64,000 bases of DNA from Alphaproteobacteria bacterium. Lineage in GTDB: Bacteria > Pseudomonadota > Alphaproteobacteria > VGEJ01. The position numbers and the translations under genes were made by a program. Every line of letters begins with the position of its first letter. The first letter of the stretch is position 1. The notes beneath the pieces are model-generated. The model was not told where the DNA came from and made no database searches. It saw only the letters and a list, made by a program, of their open reading frames with translations. Shown piece by piece: positions 46,435 through 56,153 of this stretch. Location of the stretch: positions 18,003 to 82,002 of the forward strand of contig CBDDBU010000027.1 in the NCBI GenBank assembly GCA_965226045.1, in the 5' to 3' direction.

Positions 46435-48435
46435 ATGTTCGACGCCCTGCTGATCGCCAATCGCGGCGAGATCGCCTGTCGCATCATGCGCACGGCGCGG
46501 TGCATGGGTCTGCGCACCATCGCCGTCTACTCCGACGCCGACCGCGACGCGCGTCATGTCGCCCTCGCCGATCGCGCCGTTCGCATCGGGGCGGCGGACC
46601 CGAGCGAGAGTTACCTGCGGGCCGAAACCATCATTGAGGCGGCCCTGCGCCACGGCGCGGGTGCGGTGCACCCTGGTTACGGCTTTCTGGCCGAGAACGC
46701 TGACTTCGCCGAGGCGTGCGCCGCGGCGGGTCTGCGTTTCGTCGGCCCGCCGGCGGCCGCGATCCGCGCCATGGGCGAAAAGGACAACGCCAAGCGGCTG
46801 ATGGAGAAGGCCGGCGTCCCGGTGGTGCCGGGCTACCATGGTCGCGACCAGCGCTTGGGCCGGTTGCGGCGCGCCGCCATCGAGGTTGGCTATCCGCTGC
46901 TGATCAAGCCGGTCGCCGGCGGTGGTGGCAAGGGGATGCGTAGGGTCGCGAAACCAGCCGAGCTGGACAGCGCGCTGCGTGCCGCTCGCCGCGAGGCCAA
47001 AAGCGCGTTCGGCGATGATCGGCTGCTGATCGAGCGCTTCATTGCCCGGTCCCGCCACATCGAGATACAGGTCATCGCCGATAGCCAGGGCCGCACCATT
47101 CACCTATTCGAGCGCGACTGCTCGATCCAGCGTCGCCATCAGAAGATCATCGAGGAAGCGCCGGCCCCCGGCATCTCGAGCGACCTCCGCGCGCGCATGG
47201 GAGAGGCGGCGGTCGCGGCCGCCCGGGCCATCGACTATGTCGGCACCGGCACCGTCGAGTTCATCGTCGAGGCGGCGGCGCCCGATCGCTTCTATTTCAT
47301 GGAAATGAATACCCGGCTCCAGGTCGAGCATCCGGTGACCGAGATGGTCACCGGTCTCGACCTGGTCGAATGGCAGCTGCGGATCGCGGCTGGCCAAGTG
47401 CTGCCGCTTACCCAGGATGAGGTCGCGGTGGCCGGCCATGCCATCGAGGCGCGCATCTATGCCGAGGACCCAGACCGCGATTTCCTGCCGACCAGCGGCC
47501 GTCTGACGCGCGCGCGCTGGCCGCGCACCAGCGCCAAGGTGCGCATCGATGCGGGCGTCGAGGAGAACGACGCCGTCCCCGTCCACTACGATCCGCTGAT
47601 CGCCAAGCTGATCGTCCACGGCTCCGACCGCGCCGATGCCGTGGCTCGCCTGGCCCGTGCCCTTGGCGAGACGGTTCTCGGCGGTCTTCGCACCAACCTC
47701 GGCTTCCTCGGCGCGATCGCCCGCCACGACGCGTTCGCCGCCGGCGGCTGCGCGACTGATTTTGTCGATCGCCATCGCGACGCCTTGAAGACCCCGCCAC
47801 TGAGCGACGAGGTGTTCGCTGTCGCCTGTCTTGCGATGCTGATGTGGCGTCGCGATGCCGCCGCGGCAGCCGCCACCGTTTCCGGCGATCCAAACTCGCC
47901 CTGGAGCGGCGTTGACGGCTGGCGTCTCGATGGTGCGGCCGGCGAGCCTTTCACGTTTCGCCGTGGGCCGGAGGAGCGCTTGGTCCTAGCGACCGCGCTT
48001 GCGCACGGTTACCGATTGCGGCTCGGCGATCGAGAAATGTGGGGTCGGGGCGCGATGCGAGAGGGCCGCTTCGATGTTTCGCTCGATGACGAGCGCATGG
48101 TGGCCGATGTGGTGGCCGGGACCGCCGGCGTCACCGTGGTCCTGGATGGCGCCGCCTATGACGTCGAGGTCGTTGATCCGCTCGCCAGCGCCGCGCTCCA
48201 CGAGGTGGCAACCGGCGATGTGCGCGCGCCGATGCCGGGCCGCGTCACCGCGATCCTCGCCAAGCCGGGTGTGCGCGTGAGCATGGGCGCGCCCTTGGCG
48301 ATCGTGGAGGCGATGAAGATGGAGCACACGGTGCGGGCGCCGACCGACGGCCGTGTCGGGCGCATTCTCCATCGGCCTGGACAACAGGTCGAGGAGGGCG
48401 CGGAGCTGCTCGTGTTCACGCCAGACACGGCCTGA
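46435..48435 (+). CDS. liuD: Methylcrotonyl-CoA carboxylase alpha subunit (biotin carboxylase + BCCP)
   Basis: MFDALLIANRGEIACRIMRT; C-terminal VEAMKMEH biotinylation motif. Confidence 0.92.
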   Translation: MFDALLIANRGEIACRIMRTARCMGLRTIAVYSDADRDARHVALADRAVRIGAADPSESYLRAETIIEAALRHGAGAVHPGYGFLAENADFAEACAAAGLRFVGPPAAAIRAMGEKDNAKRLMEKAGVPVVPGYHGRDQRLGRLRRAAIEVGYPLLIKPVAGGGGKGMRRVAKPAELDSALRAARREAKSAFGDDRLLIERFIARSRHIEIQVIADSQGRTIHLFERDCSIQRRHQKIIEEAPAPGISSDLRARMGEAAVAAARAIDYVGTGTVEFIVEAAAPDRFYFMEMNTRLQVEHPVTEMVTGLDLVEWQLRIAAGQVLPLTQDEVAVAGHAIEARIYAEDPDRDFLPTSGRLTRARWPRTSAKVRIDAGVEENDAVPVHYDPLIAKLIVHGSDRADAVARLARALGETVLGGLRTNLGFLGAIARHDAFAAGGCATDFVDRHRDALKTPPLSDEVFAVACLAMLMWRRDAAAAAATVSGDPNSPWSGVDGWRLDGAAGEPFTFRRGPEERLVLATALAHGYRLRLGDREMWGRGAMREGRFDVSLDDERMVADVVAGTAGVTVVLDGAAYDVEVVDPLASAALHEVATGDVRAPMPGRVTAILAKPGVRVSMGAPLAIVEAMKMEHTVRAPTDGRVGRILHRPGQQVEEGAELLVFTPDTA

Positions 48436-48445
48436 CACGAGCTGG

Positions 48446-48907
48446 ATGGTGCCCCTCCACATTCTTAAGTTGTGCGTGGGCATAGATGATGTCGAAGCGC
48501 TGCGGCGCGCTCAGACGGTGCGCCGCGCCCGGTTGCGCGCGGCCGGCGAGCCAGTGGTACTGCGCCACGTCACCCGGCATCCGCCGCGCCGGGCGCACGA
48601 GATCCTGTCGGGCGGCTCGCTCTACTGGGTCATCAAGGGGTTCGTCCGCGTTCGCCAGCGCATCGTCGACTTCGAGGAGCTGAGCGACCACCCTGATGGC
48701 AAGCGCTGCGCCTTCGTGCTGGGCCCGCGGCTCGTGCTTACCCGGTGGCAGCCGCGCCGGCCGCACCAGGGTTGGCGCTACCTCGACGCCACCGACGCGC
48801 CGGCGGATGCCAATGTCTTGAATGCCAATGTGGGCCAGAGCGTCTCGGGCAAGAGCGAGCTGCCGCCCGCGCTCACTGCCGAGCTTCGCGCGCTCGGACT
48901 GATCTAA
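48446..48907 (+). CDS. DUF1489-like conserved hypothetical protein
   Basis: MVPLHILKLCVGIDDVEAL...GGSLYWVIKG...GWRYL; family assignment is from memory. Confidence 0.65.
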   Translation: MVPLHILKLCVGIDDVEALRRAQTVRRARLRAAGEPVVLRHVTRHPPRRAHEILSGGSLYWVIKGFVRVRQRIVDFEELSDHPDGKRCAFVLGPRLVLTRWQPRRPHQGWRYLDATDAPADANVLNANVGQSVSGKSELPPALTAELRALGLI

Positions 48908-48926
48908 GGCGATCGGCGCGCTCCAC

Positions 48927-49166
48927 ATGCGCGGGTGCGATAATGCGCCGATGATCTTCGCCAACGCGCCGCAACCGCCCGAGCCCTCACGCGCGCGCAT
49001 CAGCGCCCTCTATCGCGCCGACGAGGTGGCGTGCATCGAGGCGTTGGTGCCGAAGGCCGGCGGTCCGCGGTACCTGGCCCGCTTCGCGACCGAGCGCGCA
49101 CGCAGCGTCAACACCGCCGCGACCGGCGGCAATGTCGCGCTCTTGTCATTGGAAGATGCCGAATAG
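48927..49166 (+). CDS. Hypothetical small protein (79 aa)
   Basis: ORF only; no recognised motif. Confidence 0.3.
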   Translation: MRGCDNAPMIFANAPQPPEPSRARISALYRADEVACIEALVPKAGGPRYLARFATERARSVNTAATGGNVALLSLEDAE

Positions 49167-49263
49167 GATGTGGACGCGGCCCAGGCCCCATCGAAGCGAC
49201 CCCGTCCCCCTCGATGGGGGAGGGCCCGGGGGGGGCGACTCTCGGACACGCACCGCTGTTCGT

Positions 49264-50328
49264 TCAGCCGACGACTGGGTCGCCCGGCCGCCAGTCCCAT
49301 TGGCTCAGCACCCGTTCCTCGGCGAGGTGATCGGCGGTCTCGTTGGTCGGCAGGCCTTCGGCCTGGGCGCGGGCGAACAGCTCCAGCAGCGTTTCGTACA
49401 GGCGTGCGGTGTGGGGCATCGCTTGCTCGCGGTCGTAACTCGGGCCCTCATAGAAGATATTGATGATACCGCCTGCATTGATCGCGTAGTCGGGGACGTA
49501 ATGGATGCCGCGCTTGTGCAGCGAGGCGCCGTGCCGGTCCTCGGCCAGCTGATTGTTGGCGGCGCCGGCAACGATGGCGACCTTGAACTCGGGAATGGTC
49601 TTGTCATTGAGGACCGCCCCGAGCGCGCATGGCGCGAACACGTCGGCCTCGATCCGCATGATTTCGTCAGGCGCCACGACGCTCGCACTCAACTCGGCGG
49701 CGACCCGGTCCCGCGATCCCGTGTCGATATCGGCGATGGTGAGCCGCGTCCCATCGTCGGCCAGTCGGCGGCACAGCGCCGCGCCAACGTGGCCGAGCCC
49801 CTGGACCGCGACGTGGATGCCCGACAGGTCGTCGCGCCCGAGCTTATGCTTGACCGCCGCGCGGACGCCTTGGTAGACGCCGAACGCTGTCACCGGTGAG
49901 GGGTCGCCACCGCCGGTCTCCGGCGTGCCCCGGACGTGGGGCGTCTCGTGGCCGATGATTCGCCTATCGGCGACCGAGGAGCCCACGTCCTCGGCGGTGA
50001 TGTAGCGCCCGCCAAGGCTGTCCACGAAACGGCCGAACGCGCGCAGCAGAGGCTCGCTCTACGGTCTTCGGATCGGCGATGATGACCGCCTTGCCGCCGC
50101 CAAGCGCGAGGCCGGCGAGGGCAGTCTTATAGGTCATGCCGCGCGCCAGCCTCAACACGTCCTCGACGGCGTCCTGCTCGGTGGCGTACGGATAAATGCG
50201 CAAGCCGCCGAGCGCGGGGCCGAAGGTCAGGTCATGGATGGCAATGATGGCGCGCAGGCCGACGCCCGGTCGTTGCGGAAGACCACCCCTTTGTGGAGGG
50301 TGAAACTTCGCGCGCCGAACACCGTCAC
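49264..50328 (-). pseudogene. Leucine dehydrogenase (Glu/Leu/Phe/Val DH family) carrying two frameshifts
   Basis: Three frames together cover the full Leu-DH homology, with frame changes near 50260 and 50060: [23 protein letters not shown] / [19 protein letters not shown]...[26 protein letters not shown] / [25 protein letters not shown]... Confidence 0.75.
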
Positions 50329-50373
50329 GGCTTCACCTGCCCATCTCCCGCCGGCTACGGGCAGGGACGGCGT

Positions 50374-51139
50374 TCAGAAGCGATAGCCGACGACGCTGCC
50401 GAGAAAGTACTGGACATCGTCGGTCGAAAGCGGGCTCCCTGCCGCGTCGCCGAGAAGGAGGCTGATCCGCGAGTCGAGGGTCAAGTAAGCCTGCGGCGTC
50501 AACATGTAGACGAAGTTCATGAACCCGCCGACGTCGCGGGCGCCCGATTGTGCGACGAAACTGCCGCTACCGAAATAGGCGTCCATGTAAGTGCTATCGG
50601 CATAGTGCGCCTCGCCGCCCAAAATGAGGCTGGTGGTGTCGCTAAACCGCCCGCCGACGGCGGCGCTACCCGAGGTGACGATACCCTGATGGCCATCGCT
50701 GATGCCTTTTCGGATATCGCCGGCGAAGCGCCAGTTGGTTCGGTAGAACTCGAAAAAAGCGCCGCCCTCGATGCTGGATTCGATATCGCGAAGGCCCGGC
50801 AGCCGGGAGTTCTCGATCATAGGTAAGCCGGGTGCCGGCGCGGAACAGGCCGGTGCGGAACAACACCACCCCAAGACCTCTCTGGGTGCTCAGGAAATAC
50901 GAGCCCTTCCACTCGATGTCGATCAGCGGCAGCGGCACCACTTCGTACTCGGTACTGCCCGGGTAATCGGGCGCCATGCTCACGCCAGCGCCGACGTTGA
51001 CGCGCCAATCCGACTCGGGCGGAGCGCCGAGAATCGCGGTCGCGCCGGCGAGATACGATTCCCACCATTCGACGTTGGCGGCGGCGGCGGGTCGTGCCAG
51101 TGCCGCCGCCAGGACCAGCAACGCAACGATTCGTACCAT
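50374..51139 (-). pseudogene. MipA/OmpV-family outer-membrane protein, frameshifted
   Basis: The N-terminal frame has a signal peptide and ...GLGVVLFRTGLF; the C-terminal frame ...LPGLRDIESSIEGGAFFEFY...GYRF ends in Phe. Frameshift near 50812. Confidence 0.7.
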
Positions 51140-51230
51140 CAGGAGACTCGATCAGCCACGGCGCACGGTATCGGCTCGCCCATAGCCGCGCAAGCGTGCG
51201 CAGAATCCCACTGGGGCTCGGAATTGGCCC

Positions 51231-52340
51231 TCAGGCATCGAGGCGGTCGCGGACCTCGCGGGCGATCGCCAGGGCGGCGGTCAGCCCCGGCGATTCGATG
51301 CCGAACAGGTTGACCAGCCCCGCCAGGCCGTGCGTCGTTGGGCCCTGGATGATGAAGTCGGCGGCCGGTTCGCCGGGCGCCTGCACCTTCGGCCGGATGC
51401 CGACGTAGCCCGGTTGAAGGGCGTGATCGGCCAGCGCCGGGTAATACCGCCGCACCGCCGCGTAAAAGTCTTGGGCGCGGCTCGCGTCGACATCGTAGTC
51501 GAGCTTGTCGACCCACGCCTGATCGGGGCCGAACCGCATGGCCCCGGCGAGGTCGAGGGTGAGATGGACGCCGAGCCCGGCGGTGCCGGGCAGCGGATAG
51601 ATCAGCCGCTGGAACGGTGAGGCGCCGCTGGCGGTGAAGTACGTACCCTTCGACAGATGGCGCGCGGGGATCAGATCGCGCGGCATTCCGGCGATGCTCT
51701 CGGCCACGGTTTGCGCGTCGAGCCCGGCGGCGTTGACCACTTCGGTACACTGAAGTTCGACTGCGCCGTCACGACCGTCGACGCGAAGGCGCGTTCCGCC
51801 GGCCTCCACCCCCCCCCCCAGCACCCGGCTGTGGAAGGCGACCATGGTGCGGTGCGCTTCGGCCTCACCTTGCAACGACAGCATCAGCGCGTGGCTGTCG
51901 ATAATGCCGGTCGAGGGCGATAGCACCGCCGCGACACACGCGAGCGCCGGCTCGAGCGCGCGCGCCTCCGCGCCCTCCAGCCATCTCAGGTCGTCGACGC
52001 CGTTCGCCATGCCTCTGCGCTGCAACGCCCGCAGCCCCTCGATCTCGCTGTTGTCGGCCGCGACGATCATCTTGCCGACGCGGCGATGTGGGATGCCGCG
52101 CTCGGCGCAATAGTGGTAGAGCGCGTGGCGACCCTCGACGCACAGACGCGCTTTGAGGCTGTCCTTGGCATAGTAAATGCCGGCGTGGATCACCTCGCTG
52201 TTGCGCGAACTCGTCTTCGATCCGATCAGGCCGGCCGCCTCGATGACCACGACCTCGCGGCCCGTCCGCGCGAGGTCGCGGGCCACCGCCAGACCGACGA
52301 CGCCGGCCCCAATAACAACGCTCTGAACGCGCTCGACCAT
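51231..52340 (-). CDS. FAD-dependent oxidoreductase (L-2-hydroxyglutarate oxidase/DAO-like)
   Basis: [24 protein letters not shown] Rossmann fold; contains a G11 homopolymer. Confidence 0.85.
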   Translation of the reverse strand: MVERVQSVVIGAGVVGLAVARDLARTGREVVVIEAAGLIGSKTSSRNSEVIHAGIYYAKDSLKARLCVEGRHALYHYCAERGIPHRRVGKMIVAADNSEIEGLRALQRRGMANGVDDLRWLEGAEARALEPALACVAAVLSPSTGIIDSHALMLSLQGEAEAHRTMVAFHSRVLGGGVEAGGTRLRVDGRDGAVELQCTEVVNAAGLDAQTVAESIAGMPRDLIPARHLSKGTYFTASGASPFQRLIYPLPGTAGLGVHLTLDLAGAMRFGPDQAWVDKLDYDVDASRAQDFYAAVRRYYPALADHALQPGYVGIRPKVQAPGEPAADFIIQGPTTHGLAGLVNLFGIESPGLTAALAIAREVRDRLDA

Positions 52341-52480
52341 CCCACAAACTACCTCATGCCGACGCGGGGGGATGCCACGTCTCGACCCCGCGCTCACCAA
52401 AAGGTGACTCGGGCGAACTTGCCAAACCACGCTTGCCGCCCGACCATCGTTGGTCTCGTTTTCTCATGCAGTAGGCGGCG

Positions 52481-53464
52481 ATGGCGCTGATCGCGCGCGT
52501 ATTCGTCGTGGCGGGCTTGGTCCTGTCTCTGATCTTGGGGCCGGCCGTGGCCGACCCGGACGCCTGGAAATATGCCTGGCCCGACACTGACTTCAGCAAG
52601 TCATCAGTCACGTTCAAGTCGATCATGTCGGGCGGGCCGCCCAAGGACGGTATCCCGGCGATCGACAGTCCGACGTTCGAGCCGGTTGCTAGCATCGAGC
52701 ACCTCGCCGATACCGAGCCTGTCATCGGCGTCAGCATTAACGGCGACCAGCGCGCCGACCCAGTGCAAGTCTTGATGTGGCACGAGATCGTCAACGATGT
52801 CGTCGGTGGCGTGCCGGTGTCGGTGACGTTCTGCCCCGTGTGCAACACCGCTGTCGTGTTCGATCGCCGCGTCGACGAGCGGGTGCTCGATTTCGGGACC
52901 ACCGGCAAGCTGCGCTATTCGGACTTGGTGATGTATGACCGGCAGACCGAGAGCTGGTGGCAGCAGTTCCTTGGCGAAGCCATCATCGGCGAACTTACCG
53001 GCGCTGTGCTCAAAGTGGTGCCGGCACGGATCGAATCCTTCGCGCGGTTCCGCGCCCGCGCGCCGGAGGGTCGGGTACTGGTGCCCAACAGCCTCGCCCT
53101 GCGGCGCTACGGCGCCAATCCCCATGCGGGCTACGATACGAGTGCCCGGCCCCGCTTCTATTTCGGCGAGCCGCCAGCCGGGATCGCGCCGCTCGCTCGT
53201 GTGGTGACAATCGGGGCCCAGGCCTGGAGCCTCGACCTGGTCCGCGAGCGCGGCGCCATGCGGGTTCTTGACGACGTCATCATCACCTGGGAGGCGGGGC
53301 AGAACTCGGCCCTCGGGGCCGGCGTCATCGCCGAGGCACGCGATGTCGGCAACGTGGCGGTGCAGCGGGAGACGGCGGATGGGCTGATCGACGTGCCCTA
53401 CCGAGTCGACTTCGCCTTCGCCTTCCACGCTTTCCACCCCGAGGCGCCCATCCACATTGAGTAG
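52481..53464 (+). CDS. DUF3179 domain-containing secreted protein
   Basis: Signal peptide; KDGIPAIDSPTF...VTFCPVCNTAVVFDR...LVMYDRQTESWWQQ. Confidence 0.8.
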   Translation: MALIARVFVVAGLVLSLILGPAVADPDAWKYAWPDTDFSKSSVTFKSIMSGGPPKDGIPAIDSPTFEPVASIEHLADTEPVIGVSINGDQRADPVQVLMWHEIVNDVVGGVPVSVTFCPVCNTAVVFDRRVDERVLDFGTTGKLRYSDLVMYDRQTESWWQQFLGEAIIGELTGAVLKVVPARIESFARFRARAPEGRVLVPNSLALRRYGANPHAGYDTSARPRFYFGEPPAGIAPLARVVTIGAQAWSLDLVRERGAMRVLDDVIITWEAGQNSALGAGVIAEARDVGNVAVQRETADGLIDVPYRVDFAFAFHAFHPEAPIHIE

Positions 53465-53505
53465 AGCCATCTCGAGTACGGCCGTGGGTGAGTTGGAACC
53501 CAAGA

Positions 53506-53535
53506 ACTTTCATGCGGCCCACCACTTTCATGCGG
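53506..53535 (+). promoter_or_regulatory. Direct repeat ACTTTCATGCGG x2 (18-bp pitch) upstream of the VWA gene
   Basis: Two exact 12-mers in a locally AT-richer spacer. Confidence 0.25.
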
Positions 53536-53599
53536 TGTAGTGACCGACCACATATGCCCATGTAGGATTGCCTCTTAGCGTATTGGTTGGATCGCCGGA

Positions 53600-54310
53600 A
53601 TGGGCAAGAGGTCAGGTAGCCTTACGGAGTCGCAGGACACTGACGCGGCGGTCAGCGCGTTTCTCGACAAGGTGGCGGCGACGCCGGCCGTCAAGCCGGC
53701 GGGTCGGCGAGGTCGCCTGATCTTCGCCCTCGACGCGACCGCCAGCCGCGGGCCGACCTGGGATCGCGCCTGCCAGATTCAGGGCGAGATGTTTACCGAG
53801 ACGGCGGCGCTCGGTGGACTCGAGATTCAGATGGTCTTCTACAGGGGTTTCGGCGAGTTTCGGGCGACGCCGTGGCTCACCGATTCGGCGGCTTTGGTGC
53901 GCCACATGACGGCCGTCTACTGCCTCGGCGGTCGCACCCAGATCGAGAACGTGTTGCGCCACACGGCGCGCGAAACCACGAAGAAGAAGGTCGATGCGGT
54001 GGTGTTCGTTGGCGACTGCATCGAGGAGGATGTCGACCGGGTGTGCCAGCGCGCGGGCGAACTCGGCGTCCTCGGCGTGCCGGCGTTTTTGTTTCAGGAG
54101 GGCGCGGAGCCGAACGCAATGCGCGCGTTCCGACAAATCGCCAGGTTGACCAATGGCGCTTATACTCACTTCGACGCCTCGAGCGCGAGACAGCTTCGCG
54201 ATCTCCTGCGCGCGGTAGCGGTTTACGCTGCTGGCGGGCGGCGGGCGCTGGCCGACCTCGGCAAGCGCGCCGGCGGCGATGTTCTGCAGATAGCGCACCA
54301 GATTCGATAG
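53600..54310 (+). CDS. VWA domain-containing protein
   Basis: MIDAS-like RLIFALDATASRG; 236 aa. Confidence 0.8.
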   Translation: MGKRSGSLTESQDTDAAVSAFLDKVAATPAVKPAGRRGRLIFALDATASRGPTWDRACQIQGEMFTETAALGGLEIQMVFYRGFGEFRATPWLTDSAALVRHMTAVYCLGGRTQIENVLRHTARETTKKKVDAVVFVGDCIEEDVDRVCQRAGELGVLGVPAFLFQEGAEPNAMRAFRQIARLTNGAYTHFDASSARQLRDLLRAVAVYAAGGRRALADLGKRAGGDVLQIAHQIR

Positions 54311-54319
54311 GCCGATCCG

Positions 54320-55060
54320 ATGTCATGGCTCATTCTCGGTGTTTGCCTGCTCGCCGGGGCGTTTCTCGGCGCACGTTGGTTCATGAGCGCCGATCCGAAA
54401 GCGCTGGCCAAAATCATGCGCTGGGGCGGGATCGCTGTTTTCGCGCTGCTGATCGTCTATCTCACGGTCACCGGCCGCTTTCTGCTGGTGCCTCCGCTGG
54501 TCGTCCTCGGCCTGATGATATGGCGGCGGGTTAGGGGGACCGGCGCCGGCAGCTGGTTTCCTGGGTTGCGGCGTCCGCCCTCGCCGGGGCAGGCCTCCGA
54601 TGTCGAGACTCCTTATCTCCGCATGTCGCTCGACCATGACAGCGGCGCGATATCAGGTGAGGTCAGGCGCGGGCGGTTCGAGGGTCGCGAGCTGGCTGAT
54701 CTCTCGTTCGACGAGTTGCTGGAGCTACTCGCCGAATGTCGCCAACACGATGCCCAGTCGGCGCAGCTGATCGAATCCTACCTCGATCGTGTGAAGGGTC
54801 CTGAGTGGCGCGAGCGGTCCGGTGCCGGTGACGGCGATGATGGCGGCGGCGGCCAACAGCGGCGCGGCGCGCGTGCGGCCGGCCCCACCATGACCCGCGA
54901 GGAGGCGTACCAGGTTCTCGGCCTTGATGACGGCGCCTCGGCCGCTGATGTCAAGGAAGCGCACCGCCGACTGATGCTCAAGATTCACCCCGACCAAGGG
55001 GGATCGAACTACCTGGCCGCTAAGATCAATCAGGCCAAGGAGTTTCTGCTCGGGTCCTGA
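54320..55060 (+). CDS. Membrane-anchored J-domain (DnaJ-like) protein
   Basis: N-terminal TM helices; C-terminal J-domain with HPD (LKIHPDQGG). Confidence 0.8.
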   Translation: MSWLILGVCLLAGAFLGARWFMSADPKALAKIMRWGGIAVFALLIVYLTVTGRFLLVPPLVVLGLMIWRRVRGTGAGSWFPGLRRPPSPGQASDVETPYLRMSLDHDSGAISGEVRRGRFEGRELADLSFDELLELLAECRQHDAQSAQLIESYLDRVKGPEWRERSGAGDGDDGGGGQQRRGARAAGPTMTREEAYQVLGLDDGASAADVKEAHRRLMLKIHPDQGGSNYLAAKINQAKEFLLGS

Positions 55061-55152
55061 GCTCCAACTTGTCTCACCGGCGGGCGCGTGCCAATAATCC
55101 GGCCGCCCGCTCGACGTTTGAACAAACCGACCTCGCGGCGGCCCGGTAGGAC

Positions 55153-56037
55153 GTGACGATGCCCAAGCCACCCCGAAAAGCCGTGTTCCCGGTCGGCGGA
55201 CTTGGCACCCGATTTTTGCCGGCCACCAAATCGGTGCCCAAGGAAATGCTGCCGGTGGTCGACAAGCCGCTGATCCAGTACGCGGTCGAGGAGGCGCGGT
55301 CTGCCGGTATCGAGCACTTCATCTTCGTTACCGGCCGCGGCAAAAGCGCGATCGAGGATCACTTCGACATCGCTTTCGAGCTCCAGGAGATGCTGGGCGC
55401 CCGCGGCAAGACGGCCGAGATCGACACCGTGAACGGCTGGCTCCCGCGCGCCGGGGAGGTGAGCTACACGCGCCAGCCCGAGGCGTTGGGTCTCGGTCAC
55501 GCTGTCTGGTGCGCTCGGCATCTGGTTGGTGATGAACCGTTCGTGGTCGTATTACCCGACGATCTCATTCGCGCCGAGCGCCCGTGTCTGGGGCAAATGC
55601 TTGAGGCGCATGCCGAGGTCGGCGGCAACATGGTCGCGGTGATGGATGTAGCGCCCGAGCACACGGCGCGTTACGGCCTGATCGACCCCGGGCGTCAACA
55701 GGGTCGGCTGATCGAAGTGCGCGGGCTGGTCGAGAAGCCGGACCCGGCCGTGGCGCCCTCGAACTATGCCGTCATCGGCCGCTACGTCCTGATGCCCGAG
55801 GTGTTCGAACACCTCGACCGCCATGAGCGCGGCGCCGGCGGCGAGATCCAGATTACCGACGCCCTCGCGCGAACGATCGGCGGCGCCCCGTTTTATGGCT
55901 ATTTGTTTGAAGGTGAGCGCTTCGACTGTGGCGACCGGGTCGGGTACCTCGAGGCCAACATTCGCTTCGCGCTGGACCGCCCGGACATGCGCGCCGAGCT
56001 TGCGCCGTTCATCGCCGCGATTGCCGAAACCTTGTGA
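55153..56037 (+). CDS. galU: UTP--glucose-1-phosphate uridylyltransferase
   Basis: KAVFPVGGLGTRFLPATK. Confidence 0.92.
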   Translation: MTMPKPPRKAVFPVGGLGTRFLPATKSVPKEMLPVVDKPLIQYAVEEARSAGIEHFIFVTGRGKSAIEDHFDIAFELQEMLGARGKTAEIDTVNGWLPRAGEVSYTRQPEALGLGHAVWCARHLVGDEPFVVVLPDDLIRAERPCLGQMLEAHAEVGGNMVAVMDVAPEHTARYGLIDPGRQQGRLIEVRGLVEKPDPAVAPSNYAVIGRYVLMPEVFEHLDRHERGAGGEIQITDALARTIGGAPFYGYLFEGERFDCGDRVGYLEANIRFALDRPDMRAELAPFIAAIAETL

Positions 56038-56153
56038 CAGGCTGACTTCCCCGCACCGATGCTGGAATCTAGTTTGGCGGCGCGCTGCTGCTGGGGTGCC
56101 GCCTCAGAGTTCGTGGCCCGTGCGCGTTGGGGCCGCCATGGAGGCCACTGAAC

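Noticed and set aside
49132-49899. 255-aa + strand ORF
   Set aside because: It is antisense to the leucine dehydrogenase coding region and has no motifs.
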